This document shows positions 24,721 to 37,372 of a DNA stretch of 64,000 nt, piece after piece. Under the pieces are notes generated by a model. It had not been told where the DNA came from. It made no database searches and saw only the letters and a list, made by a program, of their open reading frames with translations. Source of the DNA: Patellaria atrata CBS 101060 (Eukaryota); the NCBI GenBank assembly GCA_010093705.1, contig MU006092.1, positions 1,320,350 to 1,384,349 on the forward strand. Reading direction: 5' to 3'. Positions within the stretch are counted from its first letter, which is position 1. Every line of letters begins with the position of its first letter. Position numbers and translations under genes: made by a program.

Positions 24721-26116
24721 TAATATTAGAAACTGAAAACTAGAATATGCTAATATCAACCTCACTGAAGGACTTCTCGCCGTTGATACAACAATATATC
24801 AACCATAGTAATAGTAGTTTGTCTCACTGAGAGTACGATATGATCAATACTATATAAAATATTACCCAGTAATTCAAAAATTATTTCACTGGTATCTCAT
24901 CGCCAAGTTAATAGCATTATCTCGGTATGTCCCACTCAAATCACATCTTCTTACGGTCATATAACCCTCATTGTATCTGAATACGCCGTATATCCTTTTC
25001 AATTACACTTGAAAATAATGAACTCTTAAGAACTATATTCTCTTTGTTGCTCCCCTCTGCGTACCAAACCATCCAGTGCTCTTATTTCGTCTGTCCCTCA
25101 ACCTAAATTGCAGAGCTGTATCTTCTTATCAGCCTTGATAGGCATTCCCTTTGATGATTCAACGCATATTGTTTTGTACAATATTGGTTCTTAAGTTGTG
25201 CATCTTGTTTACTCCTGTCTTATTCAGTATCGGCCATGTGAAAATCATGTCCGGAATACATTCTATTTACTAATAAGATCAGGTTGAATTTGAAAGTCCT
25301 CAGACCTTTTCGCGTGGAGTCTTACTTTACGACCCAAAGACTTTTGACCTGTCGGTATCTTCACGCATTCGGAAGGGTGTTCCAAGTGGGCAATGACATC
25401 CACTTCACTAACTCGGCGGGACGACGTTACTTGCGGCGAAGAACCAGCTCGCCCAAGTTTTTGTACTAGAAATTTAAACCGGAAAATTACGCCTTCACCC
25501 GAGCGGGTTTAGTATATAAAACTTGGTAAGTCCCCCCAACGTACCTAAGGTCACAGTTCGATTCTAACGTCTAATAGGTTCCATATTATAGATATAAATA
25601 GAAAATCAATCATATCATTTCCAGCTTGCTCTACTTGCGAAAGTGGAGAGTGTAGCGCAAATGTGTCCGGTGGTTCCGATAACAGCCAATATTGTTTTCT
25701 TTTTACTTCATTGTTTTTGTTTTAATTCTTTTTTATTTAACTTAACTATAAGTATTAGGAATACATAATGAATGCCTTTAATTATCGTATTATATTTTAT
25801 CTTTCAAAGCTACCAATGAGTTAATTCCTAATACCTGATGAGAAATTGAGTGTCCTTCATCGTCCCAACTCGAATTCTCCAAAAACTGGTCGCTGGTGGA
25901 TGATGTAATAGTAGTTCACGCCCGATTTTGTTCCATTTGTAGTTGGTCACGGTGCACAACACGCCGCACTTAAACCAAACTTGTCGCGTCTCTCTCTCCC
26001 TCTCGCTCACACTCGCACTCACATCTACCTCGTACAAACACTCCGTCACTTGGGTCCTTTTCCCTGGATACATCCGACACTATCTTAATTATACCACCCT
26101 TGAGCAACTACTAATA

Positions 26117-27335
26117 ATGACTAAGAATAGCAGAGAATAAAAGCTGTTGGCAACATCTGAGGAGAGGAAGGAGTACAACGCAATGACAAGATAGAAGAGA
26201 ACTGTTAAGCGCGAAGAGAACGCAGAGCAGAATACTGCAAGAGCAGCTCAGCAGCAGTAAGCACAGCAGGAAGCACAGCAGGAAGCACAGCAACGTCAAC
26301 GAGAATTGCACTGGGCCGGTCAACGCGAAAATGTACACAACGTTAGATTCGATTCGACGTAGAACCCGAGCTTTCTGCGTAAGTTTAGTGTGTATAGAAT
26401 TGCTTTTCCGTCTAATATGTGCCCTTTAGGGAAAAGATTCGCGCATTCGCTCACTTGCACAGAATAGGGATAAAGTAAGTTCAACACAGGGACAGGATCA
26501 GCATATGGGATACTCAATGCTTCTAGGACACTACCGGGATACGGGGTGAAAGAGTACATCAAAGATCAGGATGTACACAACGAGCTTCAGGAGAACGGCT
26601 ACAAGCTTAGCCATAACTTATCCTTTGACGCCATCACCTTCCCCTTCAACCTTGGGATCAGCAAGAGGTTCAATTTCGACATCCGCTTTCCCTTCCCAAA
26701 CATGATCTGCGCCTATGCTCTGCTTTGCCTTAATTCCCTTAGCAATGACGAGACAATTTTCCTAACGAAAATTTAATCGCCCTTTTTAGATGGCGCCAAT
26801 GAGATGCGGACCAATCCCGAGACCTTCGACGCTCGTATTAAATTTTGTAACATCTACTTTGATTCCGAAGACGACTTTCCACGCTTTTCCCATGCTGATC
26901 TCAAACACTGGGATCGGTTCCAGCGAAAGAGCCGCATGGCCATGGCGTACGTGGAGAAGCTGGAACAAAAAAAGCCCGTCGACGACATATGCGAGATTAT
27001 CAAGTTTCTGGACTTCGAGTCCTCCGAGGAAAAGATGGAGGGCATGATGGACGAGTTTGAGTTCGTTGGAATTGAAGATGTGGGAGAGGGAACGGTGGAG
27101 GTGAATGATAAAGGTCATAGCGCCTCATATTTAGCAATGGTGCAGACAGATGTTGTTCAAGCAGCGTAACGTCCAGGAGGAGAAAGTTCTCCGTGGTGTC
27201 CGCGACACCTTCGGGACCCCGGATGAGCATGAGGAAGCGCCCCGAGATAGCGAGACGGCGCCACGGGATAGAGGAAAACAGATGCAGGAGATTAAGGAGG
27301 ATGATGGCGGTCGCGGATGCGATGATGTGAGATAA
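26117..27335 (+). pseudogene. Orphan-family pseudogene copy B (paralogue of 20340-21332)
   Basis: MTKNSRE*KLLATSEERKEYN...(QQEA)n.../DVEPELSA | AEKIRAFAHLHRIGIK (exon 26430-26474) | TLPGYGVKEYIKDQDVHNELQENGYKLSHNLSFDAITFPFNLGISKRF.../EMRTNPETFDARIKFCNIYFDSEDDFPRFSHADLKHWDRF...FEFVGIEDVGEGTVEVNDKGHS. Introns start at 26379 and 26475. Multiple stops and frameshifts. Confidence 0.75.
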
Positions 27336-27807
27336 ACTGTATCTGCAGGTGCATGGAGTATGTCGCTCGATTTTTCTATCTATCTACTAAAGGAATTTCT
27401 ATATATACTGAAGAGCTACCGAGAACACGTATCCAAATCTCAATATATCTAATAGTCGTTGAGATATCTGTTGAGATAGTGGAGTCAGTTGAGGACGAAA
27501 CAAATAATTGTTGAAGAGAGACTTTTTCGTACTCCATGCTACTCCGTGGCTGACATCTGACAGATAGTTGACAGATCCACCAAAGGACCCATACTTCAAC
27601 ATTACCCTTGGTCGCTAGTAGCACTAATACTCTAACAGCTCCATCATCTAACAGATGATCTCATGGACGTCGACTGTAGAGACAAGTGGTGAGCTGCAAC
27701 GATGGGATTGTCAAAGGCGGCGGAGTTTTCATTTTCTTTCACGATATACCCCATGTATTGAAAGCTGTCTGGATGGCGATTTGATTTTGTTCTCCTTCAC
27801 ATACACA

Positions 27808-27990
27808 CCTCTTCTCCTAGATCTCCTCCCTTCATACATGTATAGACGAAAACAGCATTTGACAATACAGTACGTGGACTTGGTACTCCCTCTTTTTCTA
27901 GATATCCCTCCTTCATACATGGATAAGTAAATAAAAACAGCAGTGTACGTGAACTGAATATCACACATCTCTTCCTATATCTCTCTTTCA
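27808..27990. repeat. Degenerate ~80-bp tandem repeat (about 2.3 copies)
   Basis: cctcttctcctagatctcctcccttcatacatg..aaaacagca..gtacgtggact recurs as cctctttttctagatatccctccttcatacatg..aaaacagca..gtacgtgaact, with a partial third copy. Confidence 0.7.
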
Positions 27991-28979
27991 CAATGCACTG
28001 TTTATCCAAAGCCTGGCTACAAATATTCATGACTGTAAATAATCTAACCTCAATTCAATACACCTTTACCTTGATCTACAATTCTATCCTCCTACAGTAC
28101 ATACTTTCTAAATGTTCTAGCCTTGCTCTCCACGTTCCTGGGCTTTATCTCAAACTAGCTGAGACCAATACAGCCAGTTGACTTCGCTGCTAGGTAGAAT
28201 CCTACTCTACCACCCAAAACACATATTTGCAACACCTTGGAAGGAAGGCCATTACTCTCCGCGATTACAGTACTACGTACAATCCTCTTTTCTGACCTCA
28301 CTTACCGCACAAGCCAACCACCATACTTAACAGACCCACAACCGCCCACTTTCCGACCTAAACGCACGAAATTTTTTGGTAATCTACGAAACGGTCAGTA
28401 TAGGAAGAATTTGACATAATAATCCTCAATCTTCACGAAAAATCTTTGCGATTAATATGCCATACGAAGTTTCGGCCAACTTCGCTTTCCCTTTACGAGA
28501 TGAGATGGGAAGGAGGGGAGATGCGAACGGAGTCACGTCACCGCGGCAACCTACTCTCTCCTAACCTCACAGATACCCTCATACCCTTCATGACACCACG
28601 GAAGTAATCCAATCGTCTGCTAACGCACAATAAATTGTCTATTACCATAAAAGTGCAGTCTTCAGTCAAGAAAAGTGTCATTGATGATAAGTCATATGAA
28701 GTAAGATAGCTACATCCACAACACACGCACGTCGAAGAGAACAAAGGTGATATCTCTATAGCTAAATTTCGCAATACGGGTAATAAACTTCCACTGCTCG
28801 GTCCCTCGCTCTGCGCCCCCTCATGAAGTTGGCCTTGCCCTCAAATACCACATGATGCTCGCAAGACCGGTCCTCCGACCCATCACCACAATGAACAAAA
28901 CCGCATGATCATGTCCTCGTTAATTCAGACAACCTCTCTACGCGTATAGAACGCGTAGCACTACACATGCATGAATCCT

Positions 28980-31033
28980 TCAAGACTCAGCATCCACAAA
29001 TTCATCAAGGTCTCCACTCTCAGAGTCTTGTCTCGCCAGTTTCGAGCCATCGGGTCTATTTTCCGCTGGCTTCATTGCTTCCTTGTAATGTTGTGTTGAG
29101 GGTAGCAATGGTTCTTGCATCCTGGCGGGTGGTTGGTTGTCGTGCATTGGTTGCTGTGTGTTGATGAGAGGCGAAGGGCTTTGTACTGCTTGCGGGCCTT
29201 TGCTTCGTGGTGTATCATTTTGACCGAAGTCGATGAGATCCCCGGAACCGCCTTGCTGTTCTGCAGGAGTGTGGTGATGGTTATCCGCAACGCTTCCTCT
29301 TGGTGGGATCTCAAAGTCATTCTTAGGTTTTTGGCCAGGTAGGATGGCGGCGATGTTGAGGATTTGCTTCGTCGTCTCATCGGGTGTTTTCCCGTCGCTA
29401 ACCGCCGTTAGTTGAAGGTGAGAAACAAATAACTGTCTCTGCTCACATTCTTGCGTTGATAATCCAGTCTAGGTCTTCTTCACCTTCCTCCTCTCCGCCT
29501 GGACCTCCCCTGACTCTCCGGAAGAATCTCGGATGCCACTCCACGCCGTCTTCGACTCGTTTCGCAGCCTCCGCTCTTTGCTCGTCTTCGATGCGGGATT
29601 TCTCTGTCGTTGCTGTGTTTTGATCTTTCTGTTTTAGAGCAGTAGTGACCTTCCTCCATAGCTTCTGCGATTCGCGGTCTTCCTGCTCCTCCAGCGGTCG
29701 AACACTCGGAGGTGTTTCACGAGCGTGAGTAGCATCAAATAAAAGCTCCTTCTTTCCGGTCTACAGTTGTGAAATCTAGATTAGCATAGATAGTTACGAT
29801 AGCATGAAGTTATTGGAGAAATTTACCGCAAGGTCCTTAATGAACATCTCCCCATTCCAAAGACCTGAAAGCTCGAATAGATTTTTGTCGTTGCGATCCT
29901 TAATGTAACCTCCTATGGCGTTGTAAGTGCCACCAAAGTAACCCTTCGTCTTGAACTCGAGATCCGCAACCATTCCACTTTCAGGACATCTAACGAAACT
30001 ATGATCGCCAAGTTCGTACTTCATTTTCCCAAACATGATACCTCGGGAGTAGATATTCGGTTGTGTAATGAAACTAACCACACCCTATCAGTATACTTCC
30101 ACCGTCGTTTTGATGGTGCACATACAATCTTTCATTTCTATCGAGAAACCTCATCACAGCTATGCCCTCCATCATACTGGCGGCTGAGTTACCTAAAAAC
30201 TTGCTTCGAGGTTTCAAGGTTCCATCAATTCTGATATTATGCTCGGGAGCCATGAAGAAGTAACTTGATTTTGGTGGATGATGTGACGTCTGTTCGGATA
30301 TGTAGTAACCACGGGAATTATCAGGGTATTCCCAGTACCCTGTGAATATCTCCCCAAGAATTGGATTCAGGGGCTTTTTGACCCCTCTGTCATATAATTA
30401 GCCCCTATACCGCCTCCATTCACACCAAAGGGTTGCAACGCGGTAGAGCATACATACGGTGGCTTAATGTGCCAGCCACTGAGATAGAACTTTACAACAG
30501 CGACAAATCTCTGGACAGGATCATCTATCTTTGACATGGGGAGCAGAATCTCGGGATGTGCCATGAAACTATAGTTCTATGTCAACGTCGATTCGAGCGC
30601 GGAAGCGCCGGAAAAGCGTATAACGCACTTTGTTATCCTCTCCAACATTGATCGAGGTTCTAGGATAAAGGTAGGTAAGGTTATTCGACTTAGGTCGGCG
30701 CCTGGTCGTAGCTGGGATATGATATGCATGAGCACTGTTTTACGTTGACATTCAGTTAGCATTGCTCTACTGCATTGATCATTCCTTGTCACCTCCTTAA
30801 TCACCACAGGACAGAACGTACTGTTACCCTGCTCCGAGTCCACGACAGTCTCATCGTCAGTAACGTTCCCTTCCCGAGTCTCATCAACGGAGGAACGGTT
30901 GCCTGTGGAACGAGAGAAAGACGAGGTTAGCTACAATTCTATCTCTATGAATCGCGTTGTGAGAAGGGGTAGGAGAAATAGAAGTTGCCATACTGTGAAC
31001 AGAGTGCCGCCTATGACTGTGACCCAGAACCAT
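28980..31033 (-). CDS. Oxysterol-binding protein-related lipid transfer protein, Osh6/Osh7 (ORP5/8)-type, multi-exon
   Basis: MVLGHSHRRHS start, then GADLSRITLPTFILEPRSMLERI, KKPLNPILGE, signature SEQTSHHPP, RSKFLGNS. Last exon ends ...DLDEFVDAES* (TGA 28982-28980). About 7 short GT-AG introns. Confidence 0.93.
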
Positions 31034-31882
31034 TGTGTTGACACTGCTGCTTCAGCAGGCAGGACCTCCTAGCTGAATACCTGTGTGTTTGGAGGCCTTA
31101 AGGTAAGTGGTGTAAAAGGAATCACGGGGAAATGAAGCAGCTAAGCGGCTGAGAGACAGATTAGAGAAGAAGTAAAATAGATTAGGTTGACATGAAAGGG
31201 CGGATTGCTTCGTGGTTTGCTTCTAGGCACTTGGTTCGTCATGGCTTGGCTCGACAAAGCCGCGGGGTGTCAAAAGTCTCTAGAACTACCTGCCCCCCTC
31301 CTCCCAGGGCATGCCTCAGCCACAACTCGCTACAGTACCTTATTGCCCTGAGTCCTGCAAGGTACAGAGTAAAGTACGAAGATTGATAACGATTACAGAA
31401 GAATCTGATCATAATGCATACAAACCTAGTATAAGTACCTCATCTCAAGCGGAAAACTCTAGTGGTTCTATGTGATATCTGAGCATTTATCATATTATCA
31501 CCAGTATACACCATTGAAAGACTGAGAATTTGTGTGCTTTGTATCATATACCTATCAGTACGGTGGTTTGTACTCTGTACTACTACCGTACCTATATTTG
31601 TCTTCCGCACGACCAGAGATTATGTGCAAAAGATATACAGTACCGTAAGTACAAGAGCCTGTTATCGACTTTGGCGCGTTTTCCACTAGCGGTGACACGT
31701 CGGGAACGGTGGAATACATCTACAACTTTAGGCGACTTGTACTTCGAGTATTTCACACAGTTAGGTAAGATTTTCTTGATAAGGTTTATATGCTATATAC
31801 ATGAAGATACGGTCTCGTCCAACATCTCTCACAGCACGGTCCAGTTTCACTACGATTTCCATCTAGAAAGGGCATTATCGCT

Positions 31883-32641
31883 TCACCCTCTCCAAACCCG
31901 TGGACCCGGCATCTGGTAGCTGGTGGGGACGGGATAATAAGGATTCAATTGAATACCAGGATCGCTGGCCTTGTACGCGCCTGGAAACTTGACCAGAGGT
32001 CCTGGGCTCCCGCCTCCGTTTCCGGTAATCTGAACCTGCGCACAGTTGATGTAGAACTGCGCACCACCGGAACCCTGAGCATTGTGGATTCCGATCTGCT
32101 CGAAGCGCACAAGGTACTCGCCGGGTGGCGTGCTTGCCGGTACCTGAAACGTATACTGCGATACTTCAGTAGTCTTCCAGCTCCACGCACCGGTAGAGAA
32201 GGTCGGGCCGACTTCGGCAACCTTGAACCAGTCGCCCGAGCCGTCATAACTGGAGACTGAGCCAGGTGCTTTCGACATGTAGACTAGGATGGGCCCAATG
32301 TGGTAGACAGCTTGGTCGAGCGCCATGCCGATAGTTGAGCCGGCGGCGACGGTGTAGGTCTGCGTGCTCGCAGCTGAAGCTTGGCTGCCGGTATTGCATC
32401 GGATGTCGTTCGAGGAGACGCTTGCTACTGGGGAGTTCATGTTGCTGTTCTTACGAACATATTGAAAAGCGGGAGTCTTAGTGCCGCCAGCGATGAATGA
32501 AGTCCAAGTATCTAGAAGAACGTGTCAATAGGAGTGCATGAGGATTGTAGAAGGCTAGAGGTAGAGTGATTTAGACGTACAGTGGGCTGATACCGTGTTA
32601 AGGCAAGCTGCGAGCGCGGTGACGGAGACGGCAAACTTCAT
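31883..32641 (-). CDS. AA9 (GH61) lytic polysaccharide monooxygenase, secreted, no CBM; 2 exons (32641-32581, 32511-31883)
   Basis: Signal peptide MKFAVSVTALAACLNTVSA followed by His1 (HYTWT after intron 32580-32512), DIRCN, YHIGP, WFKV, GEYLVRFEQIGIH, GAQFYINCAQ, FPGAY..DPG, PGP..W. Confidence 0.96.
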
Positions 32642-32708
32642 GGTGCTGGTATTAGAGGTTTCTTGGAGCCTAAAGAACGAAAGCCCGATACTGTAGGGAG
32701 GAGTAAAC

Positions 32709-32715
32709 TTATATA
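32709..32715 (-). promoter_or_regulatory. Putative TATA box of AA9 gene
   Basis: TATATAA on the minus strand ~70 bp upstream of the ATG at 32641. Confidence 0.5.
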
Positions 32716-34161
32716 TTGGGCCGTCGCCCTGGTTTCGATTTTGGGTTTCAACTATTGTATCTGAATACTGGGCCCGGATACTATCTTGCTTGGTAACACT
32801 ATTGAATTTGGGCATATCGCCGTCCGACTATATGAGGCCCGAGGCGCACATGGTCCAACAGCGGTCAGTAGCACCTGGTGCAATATAGATATCCTTGCTT
32901 TTGAGAATGGAAGGAAAAAAGATCGAAAACCAAGGAACTGATAGCGATTAACAACGCGAGGTGTTTGAAGACAAGGGGGTTTATGGTAATGGGAGTAATA
33001 TAGTGCCGGGCCGGCAATCTTGCAGGTGAGCCGAAATTGATTGCACTCGCTTCTCCACAACTGCGATAACATGCTTTTCCTGGGGAAACAGGGCGGGTTT
33101 TGGCGGCAATAGCTGCTCGAAATAGAAGACCCCTGATAATCTTAATAGAACGTTGGAAACACTTCAGAATGACTGTCTTGGCAATAACTGAAATATTGGA
33201 TAGGAAAGTTGGGTTCAAGCATCGTCTTTCGAAGCGGATCCAGTGGTGATGATATTTTATGATGATAGTTCAACAAGGAGATTAGAATGAAATGAAATCG
33301 TGCATTCTGGATTACCTTCTTTCGTGTCTTTAGTATGCTCAACTCAGTTCAACTGTAGAACTAAATTCGATTCGAGCATCAGGACGCGGGTCTTAGCGCT
33401 TGCTTCTCGTCTTTTCCTCGAGTGGGTATCATCAGAAAGATCCTCACCACGACAGCAGGAAAGACACACAGATAAAAAAGATGAGACGTTCATTCACCTT
33501 ACGGTTGTTGAGGAGGTGTGAAGGGAATCTGTAAAAAAGAACGGACGATTTCTATGCCAGGGAAAGCTACACGTGACTGAAAGCACGTGCCGGTTTGGTT
33601 CTGGGACCATGCGGCATTCGGAAGGCGGTGAGTGGCAAAGACGGAGGAGGATAGAACTCTGCAGCAGAACGTCAAGCGGCATCAATCGGCTGAAATACAT
33701 TTCTCAGATGCCGCTGTCTGTATCCGTACAGTAGCTTTATGTACAGTTCGTACGGTACCCTCACACCGAATGTACCTTGTCACGTCTGGATAGATTTATT
33801 GTGGAAGAAGTCTCATCGTCCTTACCATTTGACTCCTCGCACCTCCCCGGGTCCTCCAGCACTGACTCGAGTGCTGTACCGACAACGAAGTGATGTTATG
33901 TATTCTGATGATGTCGGTGTGCTACATCAGATGCACCTGCAGTGTTAACAGTGGGGGAAGGGCGTGACTGATAGTTCGCCCGCGCTCCCCGCAATACCAC
34001 CCACCGCACGTAGTTCTATGACACAACACGCGATTGACATTTGACAAAGCAATTTCATGGACCCATGGAGAGTTCACCGGAATCTACCTCCTTTCCCTTT
34101 TGCCTACTTATACCCATAAAAACTCCACATCGCTATAGAAACAGTCCCAAATCTTATTCCA

Positions 34162-36340
34162 ATGTCAAAACCCAGGCCAAAACTTCCTGCGCAGCAGCTT
34201 TTGATTCTATGTACGTGCCTACCACTTTTACTTCTGGGTTCCATCAACTGATATTATTCGTAGCAATATGTCGCTTTGCGGAACCTATAGTCTTGACATC
34301 CGTGAATCCTTATCTCCCTGAAATGATAGAGAGCTTCGGTGTTCCTCAAAACGAAGTTGCAAAATGGGCCGGCATAGCCTCAGCTATATTTTCCTTATGC
34401 CAGTGTCTGACGTCTATACCTTGGGGTGCGTTGATATATTTAGTTGTAGGGAAGATGTTGGTGTACCAGAAGATGTTGCATGCTAATATGAACGCTTAGG
34501 GCGACTATCGGATACCATAGGGCGGAAGCCTGTGATTCTAGTAGGACTTTTTAACACCATGGTGACAAGTCTAATATGGGGATTTTCAAGTTCTTTACCC
34601 ATGGCTCTTACTTCAAGGTATGGGTGTTGTCAACACCATAAGAAAACCGAGAAACTAACCTTTCGAGTAGAGCTTTAGCCGGCGCCGGAAACGGTAAATA
34701 ACCTCAAATTTGATTTTGAAGTTAGTTCTAACATTCATAAGGTAATATCGGCATAATCAGGACTATGGTGGCAGAGCTATGCCCTTGGAAAGTATGTAGT
34801 ATATACGTTTCAGATCCGTCTTGAGTTAACGTCTCTAGGAACTTCAACCACGCGCATTTAGTATCATGCCACTGGTTTATAACATAGGTAGTGTTATCGG
34901 GCCCTCTATCGGTGGCGCCTTAGCAAATCCTATGCGTGTCAAACCTGGATCGTCAGGGAACGGAAGCTTCTTAGAGCGATATCCTTACGCTCTTCCAAAC
35001 CTTGTCACTTCTGCAATGTTCTTCATCGGTATCACAACTGGTATTCTGTTTCTCCATGTATGAACTGTCTTCCTATTGACGCGGAAAAAGTCTTACATGT
35101 ATAGGAAACGTTAGCCTCGCGTAGAAACAGACTGGACTATGGTCTGCGCCTTGGAAGACGTCTTATAGCTGTAACTAGGGAACAGTATAGGAGAGGAAGT
35201 GCTTTGCTTTACGGGATTAAAGATCGTGAGACTGAGCCCTTGATCAAGTCTTTAGCTTCATCGGAAGACGTTATCGTTCCAGATGAGGGATCTTCGGATT
35301 TGGACTTACAAATTGATAAGTCTGGGTCAAAATATGCGGACGTCTTTACTAAGCAATCTGTCCTTAACCTCATTGTCTACACTATCCTTGCTCTCCATGC
35401 TCTAGGTTATGATCAGCTTCTTCCGGTTTTTATGCACCATCATCCGCAGTCTACTGGTGATCCCAACTTCAGTCCACCTCTAAAGTTTGCAGGGGGTTTC
35501 GGTATTGACTCCGCCCGGATCGGTGTCCTTTTCACCCTCTATGGCTTTTCCGGGATATTCTTTCAACTTGTTGTATTTCCTCCGGTTGCAAGACGTTACG
35601 GTGTCTTAAATTGTCTTCGCGTCGTTCTCATTGTTTTTCCCATACTCTACTTACTTACCCCTTTCACCACCCTCATGCCAACGGCAACGGGCAAGCAAGC
35701 CACTCTTGTAATCCTCATGCTGATAAAAGGCGTCTGCTCGACTTTCGCGTTCCCCGGTATCACCATAATTCTCACCAACTCGGCGTCATCTTTACAAGTG
35801 TTGGGCACTCTCAACGGTGTCGCGACAAGTGTATCAGCCATCGGCCGCGCGGCTGGTCCGGCAATTGGTGGTTCGATATTTACGCTTGGAGTGAAACATG
35901 GATTTGTACTGGCGCCATTCTGGGTTTTTGCTGCTATTGCTTTACTTGGAGCTCTTTCTTCGTTTCTGTTGGTTGAGGGTGAAGGCTTTGGCGACGACAA
36001 AGTTGACGAAGACACCTTTGAAGATATTGAAGACAACCCGTACGTCAAAGCTGCGCCCCTTGGGATACAAGGACAGGAAATGATCGATGAATCCGAGTCG
36101 GAATATGGAGACATTGGACCGTTATTGAGTAGAAGCGCTACCAACATGTCCGAGGCAGTGGAGAGTGTTGATGGAAGTGATATTGAGGGTTCAAACTCTA
36201 GATCAACCTCGAGGAGAGGAAGTAGAGTGAGAAGGAGGAGTAGCGTACCATTGGGTATGAACGCGGGGTTTAAAAGGTATAGCTCTAATCTTGGACAAAC
36301 CAGAAGCGGATATGGGGTGGGCAATTCATGGGATGGCTGA
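34162..36340 (+). CDS. MFS transporter (DHA1/ZIFL-YCR023C-like), multi-exon
   Basis: MSKPRPKLPAQQLLILS|ICRFAEPIVLTSVNPYLPEMI, WG|RLSDTIGRKP, GNG|NIGIIRTMVAEL, ELQPRAFSIMPLVYNIGSVIGPSIGGALANP, YPYALPNL, LGTLNG..SAIGRAAGP. About 6 introns including a ~23-nt micro-exon (34671-34693). Confidence 0.92.
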
Positions 36341-37372
36341 AGAGAATTTATTATTTGGATGGTTTGAAACTTGTAAGTTTTCATACCTCTTTCTTCGATT
36401 ACTTGTTATCTTATTATCTCACTTCGCAATAATTTCACCGTCAAAAAAGGGTTTCGACATCACTGTAGGACTATAAGACAGATGAAGCCGTATAAGAGTT
36501 GTGCAATGCTCTTAACTCTACATACGATAGAGGTTACTAATAACTCCGACTCGGGGACTCGAGTCGCTCCAAATTTTCAATGAGCGTATAGAGATTGAGG
36601 AATGCGAACCATAGCAATGAAGAGGATGGCTGCAATGTATGACTTCCCATGCAGTTAGTACCAGCAGTTGCTCTAAGGGAAATGGTTTAGACGGGTATTT
36701 CAACAATTAGTCGTCAAATAGAACAGTACAGTTACTTTATTCGGGATCTTGATGCAACGCTTTATCAAGGCCGTGATTAAAAAGAATATATGATATAATG
36801 AACATTGACTATATGGGTGGATTTTGTACCAGAAGTCAGAACGGCAGAACCAACCTCTCCAACAGGTCTATGAACGAGGTTATTGGTCAGTTTAGTCAAT
36901 GAGTCAGTCAGTTTTTCGTCAACGAAGGATTTTTGCGTCGTGTTTGAATTCGTACGTCCGTAACTAAGGTATGCCTGTGGATATGCCTGAGGATAAGCCA
37001 GGCAACAGGAAAACTGCTACATCACCTACTACCGTCCCTTTTACACCTGAACTTTATTTGAATACGCGTAAACGTGCTTTGATTACTGTTCATGAACTTT
37101 GTCATCTTTCTTTTCTCCCACTGAGGTTATATATGTCAAGCTTCTGACATCTTGTCTTGGTGTTTCTTGCCTTAAGGTGAGGTTACGATCGGGGCACAGG
37201 ACTTTCCAAAACACCGACTCTCTACCGAACTTGGACCAGCTGAACCAACGAACTTCCACCTTCAAGGGCTTATTCATAGCACAGACAGCCGTGACGGTGC
37301 TTCGGATTTGCGCCTCCACCGACAATCGTTTAAGCCTTTATGGTTACTCACGCTTAATTGACCTGGTCGGAA

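Noticed and set aside
35647..36384. 245-aa minus-strand ORF
   Set aside because: Antisense shadow of the MFS transporter's last exon
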